Shown here: one piece after another, positions 1 to 7,708 of the stretch
Layout: the number at the start of each line of letters is the position of its first letter
Numbering within the stretch: position 1 is the stretch's first letter
Source of the DNA: Polyangiales bacterium
Lineage (GTDB): Bacteria > Myxococcota_A > Polyangia > Polyangiales > Polyangiaceae
DNA length: 64,000 nucleotides
Reading direction: 5' to 3'
Assembly (NCBI GenBank): GCA_038231275.1
Contig: JBBRLQ010000012.1
Span: 128,001 to 192,000 of the forward strand
Translations under genes and position numbers: made by a program
The notes under the pieces: model-generated
What the model was told of the DNA's origin: nothing
The model's input: only the letters and a program-made list of their open reading frames with translations
Databases searched by the model: none

Positions 1-454
1 GAATCGGCGGGGACGCGCTCACGAGGAGCTCCTCGAGCGCGGCGCGGCGCGCGTGGAAGGGGTCGGCGCGCAGATCTCGGTCACCGATGCAGAGCGCGTC
101 CCAGAAGACGATCGACGACGGCGACTGCTCGGCGAGGAGCTTCACGCGCGACGCCGCGGGGTGGAGGCGCAGCTGGAGCAGATCGAAGTCGAGCGCGCCG
201 CCCTTCGCGATGACGATTTCGCCGTCGAGGACGCACTGCGCCGGGAGCGCCGTCGCGAGCTGCGCCTCGAGCTCGGGGAAATAGCGGCCGAGCGGCTTCG
301 CGTCGCGGCTCTGGAGCGTGATCGTGTCGCCGTCCTTGAAGACGAGGACGCGGAAGCCGTCCCACTTCGGCTCGAAGATCCACCCGTCGCCGTCGGGCAG
401 CCCCGAGACACGCTTGGCGAGCATGGGCAGGACGGGCGGCGGGACGACGAGCAC
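1..454 (-). CDS. ATP-dependent DNA ligase, LigC-like (N-terminal part; runs off the window edge)
   Basis: Read manually, not in the ORF track: GTG at 454 gives MLVVPPPVLPMLAKRVSGLPDGDGWIFEPKWDGFRVLVF...QSRDAKPLGRYFPEL...VLDGEIV. It has the KxDG adenylation motif I and the DGE motif III. Confidence 0.9.
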   Translation of the reverse strand, partial: MLVVPPPVLPMLAKRVSGLPDGDGWIFEPKWDGFRVLVFKDGDTITLQSRDAKPLGRYFPELEAQLATALPAQCVLDGEIVIAKGGALDFDLLQLRLHPAASRVKLLAEQSPSSIVFWDALCIGDRDLRADPFHARRAALEELLVSASPPI

Positions 455-463
455 GTAGGCCTC

Positions 464-1048
464 TCAGAATTTCACGCCGACCTGGGCATGAAGCGACAGC
501 GACGTGTACGTCTTCGTCGTGTTGTTCCCGCTCGCGTCGACGCCGGTCTTCACTCCGGGGATGAGGAGCACGTTCGCGTCCGCGCCGACGAAGAAGCCGC
601 CGAGCGACACCAGGCCGACGACGCCCGGCTCGAGGTACAGGTTGCTGTCGCTGGAGCTGAAGCTGCCCCCCGACGAGGTGAACGTCAGGTTGCCGAACCC
701 GAGCTGCGGGCGAATCGTCAAGAGGTCGAGGACGGAGATGCCGTAGCCCGCCTCGAGGCCGTACTGGAGCGTGTGCGTCGAGATGCTCGTGCCCTGAATG
801 TCCTGGCTGCCACCCAGGTAGTACATGACGTTGACGCCGCCATAGATCTTGAAGAACGACACGCCGGCGCGGCCTCCGACGCCGACGCCGAGCGGGTTGT
901 ACGCGAGATCGCCGTTCGGATTGGTGGCGAAGCCGGCCTTCGCGCCGATCTCGATGTCGACGGGACCGAGCGCGTGCGCGTCGTTCGACGTCGACACGAT
1001 GGCCAGAGAGACGAGCCCGATCGCGAGGGGAGCAAGGATCTTCTTCAC
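464..1048 (-). CDS. Outer-membrane beta-barrel protein (small, OmpA/OmpW-like)
   Basis: Signal peptide ending AHA, alternating amphipathic beta strands, C-terminal VGVKF beta signal; AAAGGA RBS before the GTG at 1048. Confidence 0.8.
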   Translation of the reverse strand: MKKILAPLAIGLVSLAIVSTSNDAHALGPVDIEIGAKAGFATNPNGDLAYNPLGVGVGGRAGVSFFKIYGGVNVMYYLGGSQDIQGTSISTHTLQYGLEAGYGISVLDLLTIRPQLGFGNLTFTSSGGSFSSSDSNLYLEPGVVGLVSLGGFFVGADANVLLIPGVKTGVDASGNNTTKTYTSLSLHAQVGVKF

Positions 1049-1272
1049 GGGGTGTCCTTTCATTCGGCACCGAGTGTACGCGGACGGGCGCGCGCGAGCT
1101 CGAAAAGGCGACGCGCGATCGTCCGCGTGGCAGAAGGTCACATGCAAGCGCGGCCGTTGGGTGGCACGTGGGCCCTTGGGGCACGTGCCGTCCGTCATGC
1201 CGCTCGCATTGCGCAACGCGTCCTCGGCTCGACGTGCGCAAGAAGCGTTGCGCGGCTCGAGCAAGCCCGCGG

Positions 1273-1926
1273 TCAGCGGCAATCGCGCGCGAAGACGTGC
1301 GACAAGACCGGATCGCTCTCCGCTAGGCAGCTCGTGGGGGCCGGGCACTCGTTGGTTGCGGTGCAGAGCGTGCGCCCTTTCGCGTTGCACGTCGACAGCG
1401 GCAGGCACACGATGTCCCGGATCTCCGTGCTGAGTGGATCCGCCTTTCCCGACTCGGCGCAGCACACCGTCCCCGCGGCGCAGTCGGAGGCGGCGGCGCA
1501 TCGCTGCGGGAAGACCATCGTGAACGAGCCGCCGACCGAGACGTAGCTGCCGCAGTTGGGGCCGCCGATCGGTTGGCAACGCGCCTGGCTCGAGGAGTAG
1601 GCCCGGCCGTTCGAGTCGTCGCCGCTGACCATCAGGCAGCACTCGGAGGTCGCGATCTCGCACGTCGTCGTGGTCGATCCGCAACGGATGAAGCCGGGCA
1701 GAACCGTCACCACTCCATCGCCGCCGCTGTCGGGCGGGTTCGCGTCGGCTGGGGAGGGCGCGTCGGCGCTCCCATCGCCACCGGGCGCGGGCCCACTCTC
1801 GGCCCCGCCGCCCCCGTCGCCGCTCGCGATGCCACCGTCGGATGAACCGCCGGAGAGGCCGTCGAAATCCGCCCAGCACGCGCCGAGCAAGACGAAGGCC
1901 GCAGCGGACAGAGGGACCCTGGACAT
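1273..1926 (-). CDS. Cys-rich lipoprotein, hypothetical
   Basis: MSRVPLSAAAFVLLGAC lipobox, DGG-rich linker, Cys-rich C-terminal domain. Confidence 0.75.
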   Translation of the reverse strand: MSRVPLSAAAFVLLGACWADFDGLSGGSSDGGIASGDGGGGAESGPAPGGDGSADAPSPADANPPDSGGDGVVTVLPGFIRCGSTTTTCEIATSECCLMVSGDDSNGRAYSSSQARCQPIGGPNCGSYVSVGGSFTMVFPQRCAAASDCAAGTVCCAESGKADPLSTEIRDIVCLPLSTCNAKGRTLCTATNECPAPTSCLAESDPVLSHVFARDCR

Positions 1927-1952
1927 CCTGCGTCTCAGGATAGTCCCCGGGG

Positions 1953-1981
1953 TTGACCTTGGGTCGATCGTCGCGCAAGGT
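1953..1981 (+). promoter_or_regulatory. Putative sigma70-type promoter, leaderless transcript
   Basis: TTGACC-N17-CAAGGT, followed 7 nt later by the ATG at 1989. Confidence 0.45.
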
Positions 1982-1988
1982 GCCCGCG

Positions 1989-3068
1989 ATGCACGCGCGG
2001 AGGCACATTTTCGCAGGGATCGCGGGGGCGGCGCTCCTCTCCTCCGTCGCGGCTTCCCTCGCCGTGTCGGGCTGCGCGGCGAGCGACGCGGGCGCCGCGA
2101 GCGATCCCACGGGCGGCACCGGCGCGGGCGACGCCGCCTCCGGGAGCGACGCGAACGGCGGCAGCGCGAACGACGCATCGAAACCGAGCGACGGGGGCGC
2201 CGACACGAGCGCGCCTGGCGACTCCGCGTCCCCTCCCTCCGATGGCGCCACCGTCGGCGACGCCGGCTCGTACCGAACCTCCCTCCACGTCTGCTGGAAC
2301 GATCCGGCCTGCACGCGCGCGCTCGCGGTCTCGCACGGCGGCGACTGGAACGTGGCCGGTCCCCCCTACGACTCGAACGCCGCGCTCGCCGCTGCGTACA
2401 CGAACGGCGCCGACGGCGTGAAGATCGACGTCCGCATCACGAAGGACAACGTCCCCGTCATCTCGCACTCGAGCCCGATCCAGACCTACGAGTCGCTCGA
2501 CTGCTCGGGGAAGAAGATCGAAGAGATGAACGCCTCCGACGTGACGGCGTGCCACCGCTTCCCCTCGAACGAAACCTTCCAGCGCCTCGACGACGTGCTC
2601 GACGCGCTCCGCGGCAAGCTCGTCGCGCAGCTGTGCGTGAAGGTGAACACCGACTTTGGTCGCACGATCACGGCGGTGCTCGCGAAAGGAGCGGAGGACT
2701 TCGCCTTCATCGAGGTCAACTCCGGAGACTTCCCGCTCATCGCGCCGCTGCCCGGCTCCGACAAGCTCTATTACCTCGTGAACGCCGCGAGCAACGTGGC
2801 CGACGTGGACACGGTCCTGGCGCTGCACAATCCGCGTGTGATCATGATCGAGCTCGATCCCACCGTGGCGCTCAGCGGAATGGCCGCGAGCAAGATCCAC
2901 CCCGGCGGCGCGCGCGCGTTCACGTACGACAACTCGTCGACGGCGACGGCGGCGACACTGAAGGCGCTCTTCGATCAGGGCTACGACGTCGTGTCGTCGA
3001 ACCTGACGGCGCCCGACATCCAGGCGCGCGTGCAGGTGAATCAGGCGCGCGGCCTCACGCCTCCGTGA
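1989..3068 (+). CDS. Glycerophosphodiester phosphodiesterase (GDPD)-like lipoprotein
   Basis: Lipobox VSGC, low-complexity linker, then SHGG...GADGVKIDVRITKDNVPVISH, resembling the GDPD HRG...ExDV..TKD...H pattern. Confidence 0.75.
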   Translation: MHARRHIFAGIAGAALLSSVAASLAVSGCAASDAGAASDPTGGTGAGDAASGSDANGGSANDASKPSDGGADTSAPGDSASPPSDGATVGDAGSYRTSLHVCWNDPACTRALAVSHGGDWNVAGPPYDSNAALAAAYTNGADGVKIDVRITKDNVPVISHSSPIQTYESLDCSGKKIEEMNASDVTACHRFPSNETFQRLDDVLDALRGKLVAQLCVKVNTDFGRTITAVLAKGAEDFAFIEVNSGDFPLIAPLPGSDKLYYLVNAASNVADVDTVLALHNPRVIMIELDPTVALSGMAASKIHPGGARAFTYDNSSTATAATLKALFDQGYDVVSSNLTAPDIQARVQVNQARGLTPP

Positions 3069-3077
3069 CGCGCGCCC

Positions 3078-3626
3078 TCACTTGACGATCAATGTCCACG
3101 TCGCGCCGGGCGCGCACGTGCCCGACACGTACCGAACTTCGAGCGAGACGATGCGCGTGTCGTCGGTGCCATTGGCGAGGGTGGCCTCGCCCCACGAGTG
3201 CGTGACCGAATCGGGACCGGAGGCGTTGGTCGACGACACCACGGGCGTGGTGCACGCGCGCGCGCTCGGGAGGCCCGTGTCCTCGACGTAGAGGTACAGA
3301 TCGAAGTTCGTGCCGGGCGGCGAGGTCAGGCTGGCGCCTACCTTCATCGGGACGCCGATCGTCCCGAGGTCGGTCTCGCTCATCGTGACCATGAGCCATT
3401 TCGAGGTCGAGCCGGTCGCGCTCGCCGACGTGGTGTCGGCGTCGCCGCTGAGTTGCCCGAGATCCGGCGCGTGCGCGCAATCGCTCGGCGCGGCGCACGT
3501 CGCGGCGCCATCCGCGCTGGGGCCGCCGTCGGTCGGAGGCGGAGGCGGTGGACCGGGCGAGGTGGAACGGGGGGAGGCGGACCGAGTGCCAGGCGCCTCC
3601 GCGCGGTCAAGCGCGCTTCGCTTCAC
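3078..3626 (-). CDS. Hypothetical protein (PPC-like beta-sandwich domain; possibly N-terminally truncated)
   Basis: Pro/DGG linker and a TNFDLYLY motif typical of secreted myxobacterial proteins; no clear signal peptide. Confidence 0.6.
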   Translation of the reverse strand: MKRSALDRAEAPGTRSASPRSTSPGPPPPPPTDGGPSADGAATCAAPSDCAHAPDLGQLSGDADTTSASATGSTSKWLMVTMSETDLGTIGVPMKVGASLTSPPGTNFDLYLYVEDTGLPSARACTTPVVSSTNASGPDSVTHSWGEATLANGTDDTRIVSLEVRYVSGTCAPGATWTLIVK

Positions 3627-4952
3627 TCACTCGGCGGGAGGCGCCGACTCGTCGCGCGTCAAATCGAGCACGCCCTCGGAGCGCGCGATCACGACCGACG
3701 CGAGGCCGTTGCCGATGAGGTTGAGCGCCGAGCGCGCCATGTCCATCACCTCGTCGACGGCGAGGAGCATCGCGACGCCGGCCTCCCCGGGCAACCCGAA
3801 GCTCGCGCAGGTGCCGGCGATGATGACGAGCGTGGCGCGCGGCACCCCGGCGACGCCCTTCGACGTCAGCATGAACGTGAAGACCATCGCGATCTGAGCG
3901 CCGAGCGACATCTCGATCTTGGCGGCCTGCGCGATCGTGACCGACGCGAGCACGAGGTAGAGGGTCGAGCCGTCGAGGTTGAACGAGTAGCCGGTGGGGA
4001 TGACGAAGCTCGCGACGCGCCGCGGGACGCCGAAGCGCTCCATCTCCTCGAGCAGCTTCGGCAGCGCCGCCTCGCTCGACGCCGTCGAGTATGCGGTGAT
4101 CGCCGGCTCGCGGATGTGCCGCAAAAACCGGCCGATCGGCACGCGCAGCAGCAAGAGCACCGGGATGAAGACGAGCAGGAAGAGGAGGAAGAGCGCCAAG
4201 TACAGACAGAAGACGACGAGCGAGTAGTGACGGAGCAGGTGCCACACCGCCGGCCACCCGCGCAGCTCGCCCTGCCCGCCGGCCATCTGGCTGACGTTGT
4301 AGGCCATCGCGCCGAACACGCCGACGGGCGTGAGCCACATGACCATGCCGGTGTACTTGAACATCACCTGCGCGACCGCCTCGAAGAAGACGAGCACCGG
4401 CTTGCCGCGCTCGCCGGTCTTGGTGAGCGCGATGCCGAACAGCGTCGCGAAGACGACGACCGGCAGGATGTCCCCCTCGGCAGCGTGCTTGATCAGGTTC
4501 GACGGGAAGATGTGGCCGAGCACCTCCCAGAGCGTTTGCGTGTGGGCGAGGGTCACGTGCGCGTCGGTGGCGAGGGGCAGCCCGTCGCCGGGACGGAGCA
4601 CGTTCGCGATCGTGAGCCCGAGGAAGAGCGCGATCGTCGTCACCACCTCGAAATAGATGAGCGACTTGAGGCCCATCCGCCCGACCGCGCGGAGATCGCC
4701 GGTCTGCGCGATGCCGACGATGATCGTCGAGATCAGGATCGGGACGATGATCCCCTTGATGAGCGCGATGAACGACTTGGAGAGGAACTGGAAGAACTGG
4801 AAGAAGTGCGGGTGCTGATCCTTCGGGAAAAATCCGCCGAAGACGACGCCCATCGCGAGCCCGAAGAAGATCCAGAAGGTGCTGGACGTGTACCAGCGCT
4901 TCTTCGGAGCCTTCGGAGCCGTGGACGACGGCGTGGACGCGGCGGGGAGCAC
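3627..4952 (-). CDS. Dicarboxylate/amino acid:cation symporter (GltP/DctA family)
   Basis: Motifs STASSEAALP, IPTGYSFNLDG, TSKGVAGVP and DMARS; many TM helices. Confidence 0.93.
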   Translation of the reverse strand: MLPAASTPSSTAPKAPKKRWYTSSTFWIFFGLAMGVVFGGFFPKDQHPHFFQFFQFLSKSFIALIKGIIVPILISTIIVGIAQTGDLRAVGRMGLKSLIYFEVVTTIALFLGLTIANVLRPGDGLPLATDAHVTLAHTQTLWEVLGHIFPSNLIKHAAEGDILPVVVFATLFGIALTKTGERGKPVLVFFEAVAQVMFKYTGMVMWLTPVGVFGAMAYNVSQMAGGQGELRGWPAVWHLLRHYSLVVFCLYLALFLLFLLVFIPVLLLLRVPIGRFLRHIREPAITAYSTASSEAALPKLLEEMERFGVPRRVASFVIPTGYSFNLDGSTLYLVLASVTIAQAAKIEMSLGAQIAMVFTFMLTSKGVAGVPRATLVIIAGTCASFGLPGEAGVAMLLAVDEVMDMARSALNLIGNGLASVVIARSEGVLDLTRDESAPPAE

Positions 4953-4982
4953 CGGCCGCTTGTAGCACGCGCGCCCCGGCTT

Positions 4983-6146
4983 TCACTCGTCCGAGAGGTG
5001 GCCTTGGGCTTCCTCGAATGCGCGGCCCACTGCCGGCTCTTGGAAGTAGTCGTGGAGCGCGCGCGCGTGAAAGGGATCGCCGCCCACGACCTTGCGCCCG
5101 ACCGCGCCGAGATCGACGGACTTTCGTGCGTCGTCGAGCGAGCGGCCTTCTCTCACCGCGCCCGCCACCTGCGCGTCCACCGTCGCGAGGAGCGCGTCGA
5201 GGTCGGCGACGTACGACGCTCCATCACGCATCACGGCCCCGTGGCCAGGCACGAGCGTCCGCGCGCCGAGCGCCTGCATCTTGGCGAGGACGGCGCGCCA
5301 CTCGCGGGGGTACGAGCCGATCGCGAACGGCGTCGGCGCGACGACCACGTCGCCGGTGACGAGCACCTTGGCGTCGGGGACCCAGACCATCGCGTCGCCC
5401 GCGGTGTTTCCGCGGCCGAAATGAAGCACTCTCACGTCGCACCCGCCGAGCGGGATGGTGACCTCGTCCTTGAACGTCTCGGTCGGCGTCACCAGCTCCA
5501 CCTCCTGCCAAAGCGGAATCGCAGCCTCTCCGTCGGCGATCTTCTCCTCCAGTGCGCGCCGGTCGTCCTCTGTGAGCGGCGCGCCGCTGTCGCCGTCGGC
5601 GTTCCCGGAGCGGAGCTGCGCCTTGAGCCCCTCCACGAACGGACCGATTTTCGTGCGGTAGGCGGCGACTTGCTTGGGGCCGTTCTTCAGGAGGAGGCGC
5701 TTCGTCTCTTCGTGCGCGAGGAAGCGCACCGCGCCGCGTGAGGCGAAGGCGTCTCGATAAACCGCGTTGCCGAAGACGTGATCGTTGTGCCAGTGCGTGC
5801 TCACGACGACCTTGACCGGCTTGTCGGTGATTCGCCGTAGATCCTCGACCATCCGACGCGCCAGCGCGGGGAACTGACCGGTGTCCACCACCAGCACCGC
5901 GTCGTCGCCGACGATCGCCGTCGAGTTGCCCGAGACGATCGGCGACCGCGTGTCGTGCGCGACGAAGACGTGGACGCGCGGCGACACGTGAACGATGTCG
6001 TACGCGTCGGCGCGCGGGCGGTGAAGCGGCGCGGGACTCGGCGGCGGCGCTGCGGGCACGCTTGCCGTCGGCGCAACCACGGCCGGCGCGCAGGCCAGGA
6101 ACACGACCCAGGCCACGAGCCCCGACACCGCCGCACGCGAGGTCAT
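4983..6146 (-). CDS. Secreted/lipoprotein MBL-fold metallo-hydrolase
   Basis: THWHNDH, GNT.GD, TGD and PGHG motifs; N-terminal FLAC lipobox-like signal. Confidence 0.85.
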   Translation of the reverse strand: MTSRAAVSGLVAWVVFLACAPAVVAPTASVPAAPPPSPAPLHRPRADAYDIVHVSPRVHVFVAHDTRSPIVSGNSTAIVGDDAVLVVDTGQFPALARRMVEDLRRITDKPVKVVVSTHWHNDHVFGNAVYRDAFASRGAVRFLAHEETKRLLLKNGPKQVAAYRTKIGPFVEGLKAQLRSGNADGDSGAPLTEDDRRALEEKIADGEAAIPLWQEVELVTPTETFKDEVTIPLGGCDVRVLHFGRGNTAGDAMVWVPDAKVLVTGDVVVAPTPFAIGSYPREWRAVLAKMQALGARTLVPGHGAVMRDGASYVADLDALLATVDAQVAGAVREGRSLDDARKSVDLGAVGRKVVGGDPFHARALHDYFQEPAVGRAFEEAQGHLSDE

Positions 6147-6186
6147 CACGGAGGCAGGAACACCGCCCAAGGCGAAAGGTTCGAAA

Positions 6187-6271
6187 TCACCCCCGCGCGG
6201 ACGGTGGCCACGTGAGGGAGAGCACGGGCGGCCGTCGCGTAACCAGCTCGACGACCGCGAGTCCGCCGCGC
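6187..6271 (-). repeat. Degenerate direct-repeat copy of the last ~28 codons of the PDZ-like gene (6793-6880)
   Basis: Reads [27 protein letters not shown] against [28 protein letters not shown]; the DNA aligns with a +1 and a -4 indel and mostly synonymous substitutions. Confidence 0.9.
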
Positions 6272-6274
6272 CGT

Positions 6275-6532
6275 TTATCGCGCCCGCGTCACGACGCGCC
6301 ATACATGGAGCGTCTGCGTCGCGCGGTCGAGTACGAATCGAACGACGAACTTTGGGAATACGTAGAGCCGAAAGTGCGGCCCTTCGTCCTGTTCACCGGC
6401 TACGCGTGTCACGTTCCCCGTCCCTGTGGCTGCCCACCCCTGCACCGCGCTATCCACGCGCACTGCATCGGCCGGCGGGAGCCGCATGAGATCGTCGACG
6501 GCCGCCGGATCCCACCGGATCTCCCAGCTCAT
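6275..6532 (-). CDS. RelE/ParE-superfamily toxin-like protein
   Basis: 85 aa: WEIRWDPAAVDDLMRLP...GNVTRVAG...FRLYV...VVRF...LHVWRV, the RelE/ParE pattern; ATGA overlap with the upstream small gene. Confidence 0.7.
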   Translation of the reverse strand: MSWEIRWDPAAVDDLMRLPPADAVRVDSAVQGWAATGTGNVTRVAGEQDEGPHFRLYVFPKFVVRFVLDRATQTLHVWRVVTRAR

Positions 6533-6738
6533 CGCGCGTTGCGAAGATTCTCGGCGAGAAGGTCCGATACGCGCGAACCCGCGATCGGTGCTGCGGCGGC
6601 CCGTTTCGCGGCATCGACGGCGAGGCGCTCTTCCACTTCCTCAGGCTCGATCGGCGCCTCCATCGCAGCTTCCCAAATGGGATCGACCGCGAGCGGCGGT
6701 GCAATCCCAACGGGCGACTTGGAAGCGGGCGACGACAT
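6529..6738 (-). CDS. Putative antitoxin
   Basis: Small acidic protein (EAPIEPEEVEE) translationally coupled upstream of the toxin; TAAATT lies 7 nt before the ATG at 6738. Confidence 0.6.
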   Translation of the reverse strand: MSSPASKSPVGIAPPLAVDPIWEAAMEAPIEPEEVEERLAVDAAKRAAAAPIAGSRVSDLLAENLRNAR

Positions 6739-6792
6739 CCCATCCAATTTACGTCACTTGGCAGCAGGGCGCCAGGTTGACTCCATCGACGT

Positions 6793-7560
6793 TCACCCAC
6801 GCGGAGCGGGCGGCCACGTGAGCGAGAGCACGACGCGGCGGCCGTCGCGTACCAGCTCGACGACCGCGAGCCCGCCGCGCTCGGCGTTCCAGAAGACATG
6901 ATCGGTCCACGCCGTGCCGGCCGCGGGGTAGCCGTCGATCGAGAGGACAACGTCCCCCTGCTGAAACCCCGCGCGCGCGAGCAGCGAGAAGCGCGGGACT
7001 GCGCCGATCTCGATCCCGTCGATGTCGCGGCCGCCATGCGACACCGGCGTCGCGTGGATCTGGAACGGATCGATCTTCGGCGTCTCCCACGGCGGCAACT
7101 TCACGTCGATCAGGTGCACCGGGAGACCCGCGCGCTCCAGATCACGGGCGCGCGCGCGGAGGACGGCGGGATCGTGGCTGATGGGCTCGGTGACGGCGAG
7201 CATCCCCGCGCGGAGGACCGGCACGTCGAACGCGGTCGGCGGCGATGTCACGATGATCTTGGGCCTCGGCGGAGGGCTCGGCGCGCGTGGCGGCTCGCGC
7301 TCGGCGGTCCGGACGACCGTACCGCTGTTCATCGTGCTCACCATGACGCAGGCGTGGACGCCGGCGGCGATCCCGACGAGCCCACCCGCGGTGATGGACA
7401 GCGCGAAGAGCACGGCGCTGATGTCGGCGAGCGCGGCGAGGGGCCAGCGCGAACGACGGGTCGCCGGCGCACACGCGGTGATGACGTTGCTGCAGCGGCG
7501 GTCGCCCCGGCTGGCGCTCAGGAGGACGTCGAGATCGGCGGAGCGATAGGGAGAGTCCAT
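6793..7560 (-). CDS. Membrane protein with C-terminal PDZ-like (GspC-like) domain
   Basis: TM segment, Pro-rich linker, [27 protein letters not shown]...VELVRDG PDZ signature. Confidence 0.7.
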   Translation of the reverse strand: MDSPYRSADLDVLLSASRGDRRCSNVITACAPATRRSRWPLAALADISAVLFALSITAGGLVGIAAGVHACVMVSTMNSGTVVRTAEREPPRAPSPPPRPKIIVTSPPTAFDVPVLRAGMLAVTEPISHDPAVLRARARDLERAGLPVHLIDVKLPPWETPKIDPFQIHATPVSHGGRDIDGIEIGAVPRFSLLARAGFQQGDVVLSIDGYPAAGTAWTDHVFWNAERGGLAVVELVRDGRRVVLSLTWPPAPRG

Positions 7561-7573
7561 CGACGCTCTCTTC

Positions 7574-7589
7574 AGCAACCGTCGTGCCG
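7574..7589 (-). promoter_or_regulatory. Sigma54 (-24/-12) promoter
   Basis: CGGCACGACGGTTGCT on the minus strand matches YGGCACG-N4-TTGCW; it ends 13 nt before the ATG at 7560. Confidence 0.75.
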
Positions 7590-7708
7590 CGCGGATCGGC
7601 TGGATTTCACGCGGCGCGGACGACGCGGTAGCCCAGCCCTTCGCCCCTTTTGGCAGGCCGCGCTTCCCGGCGCGACAACCTGACAATCGAGTATCGTGGC
7701 GACCGGCC

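Noticed and set aside
1..454. Ligase as a sign of a prophage or an NHEJ operon
   Set aside because: No phage, Ku or primase-polymerase genes lie on the visible side, and the downstream context is outside the window.
1141..1156. Sigma54-like CGGCCGCGCTTGCAT upstream of the barrel gene (also similar sites near 6760 and 54990)
   Set aside because: GG-to-GC spacing is 8-9 nt rather than the required 10.
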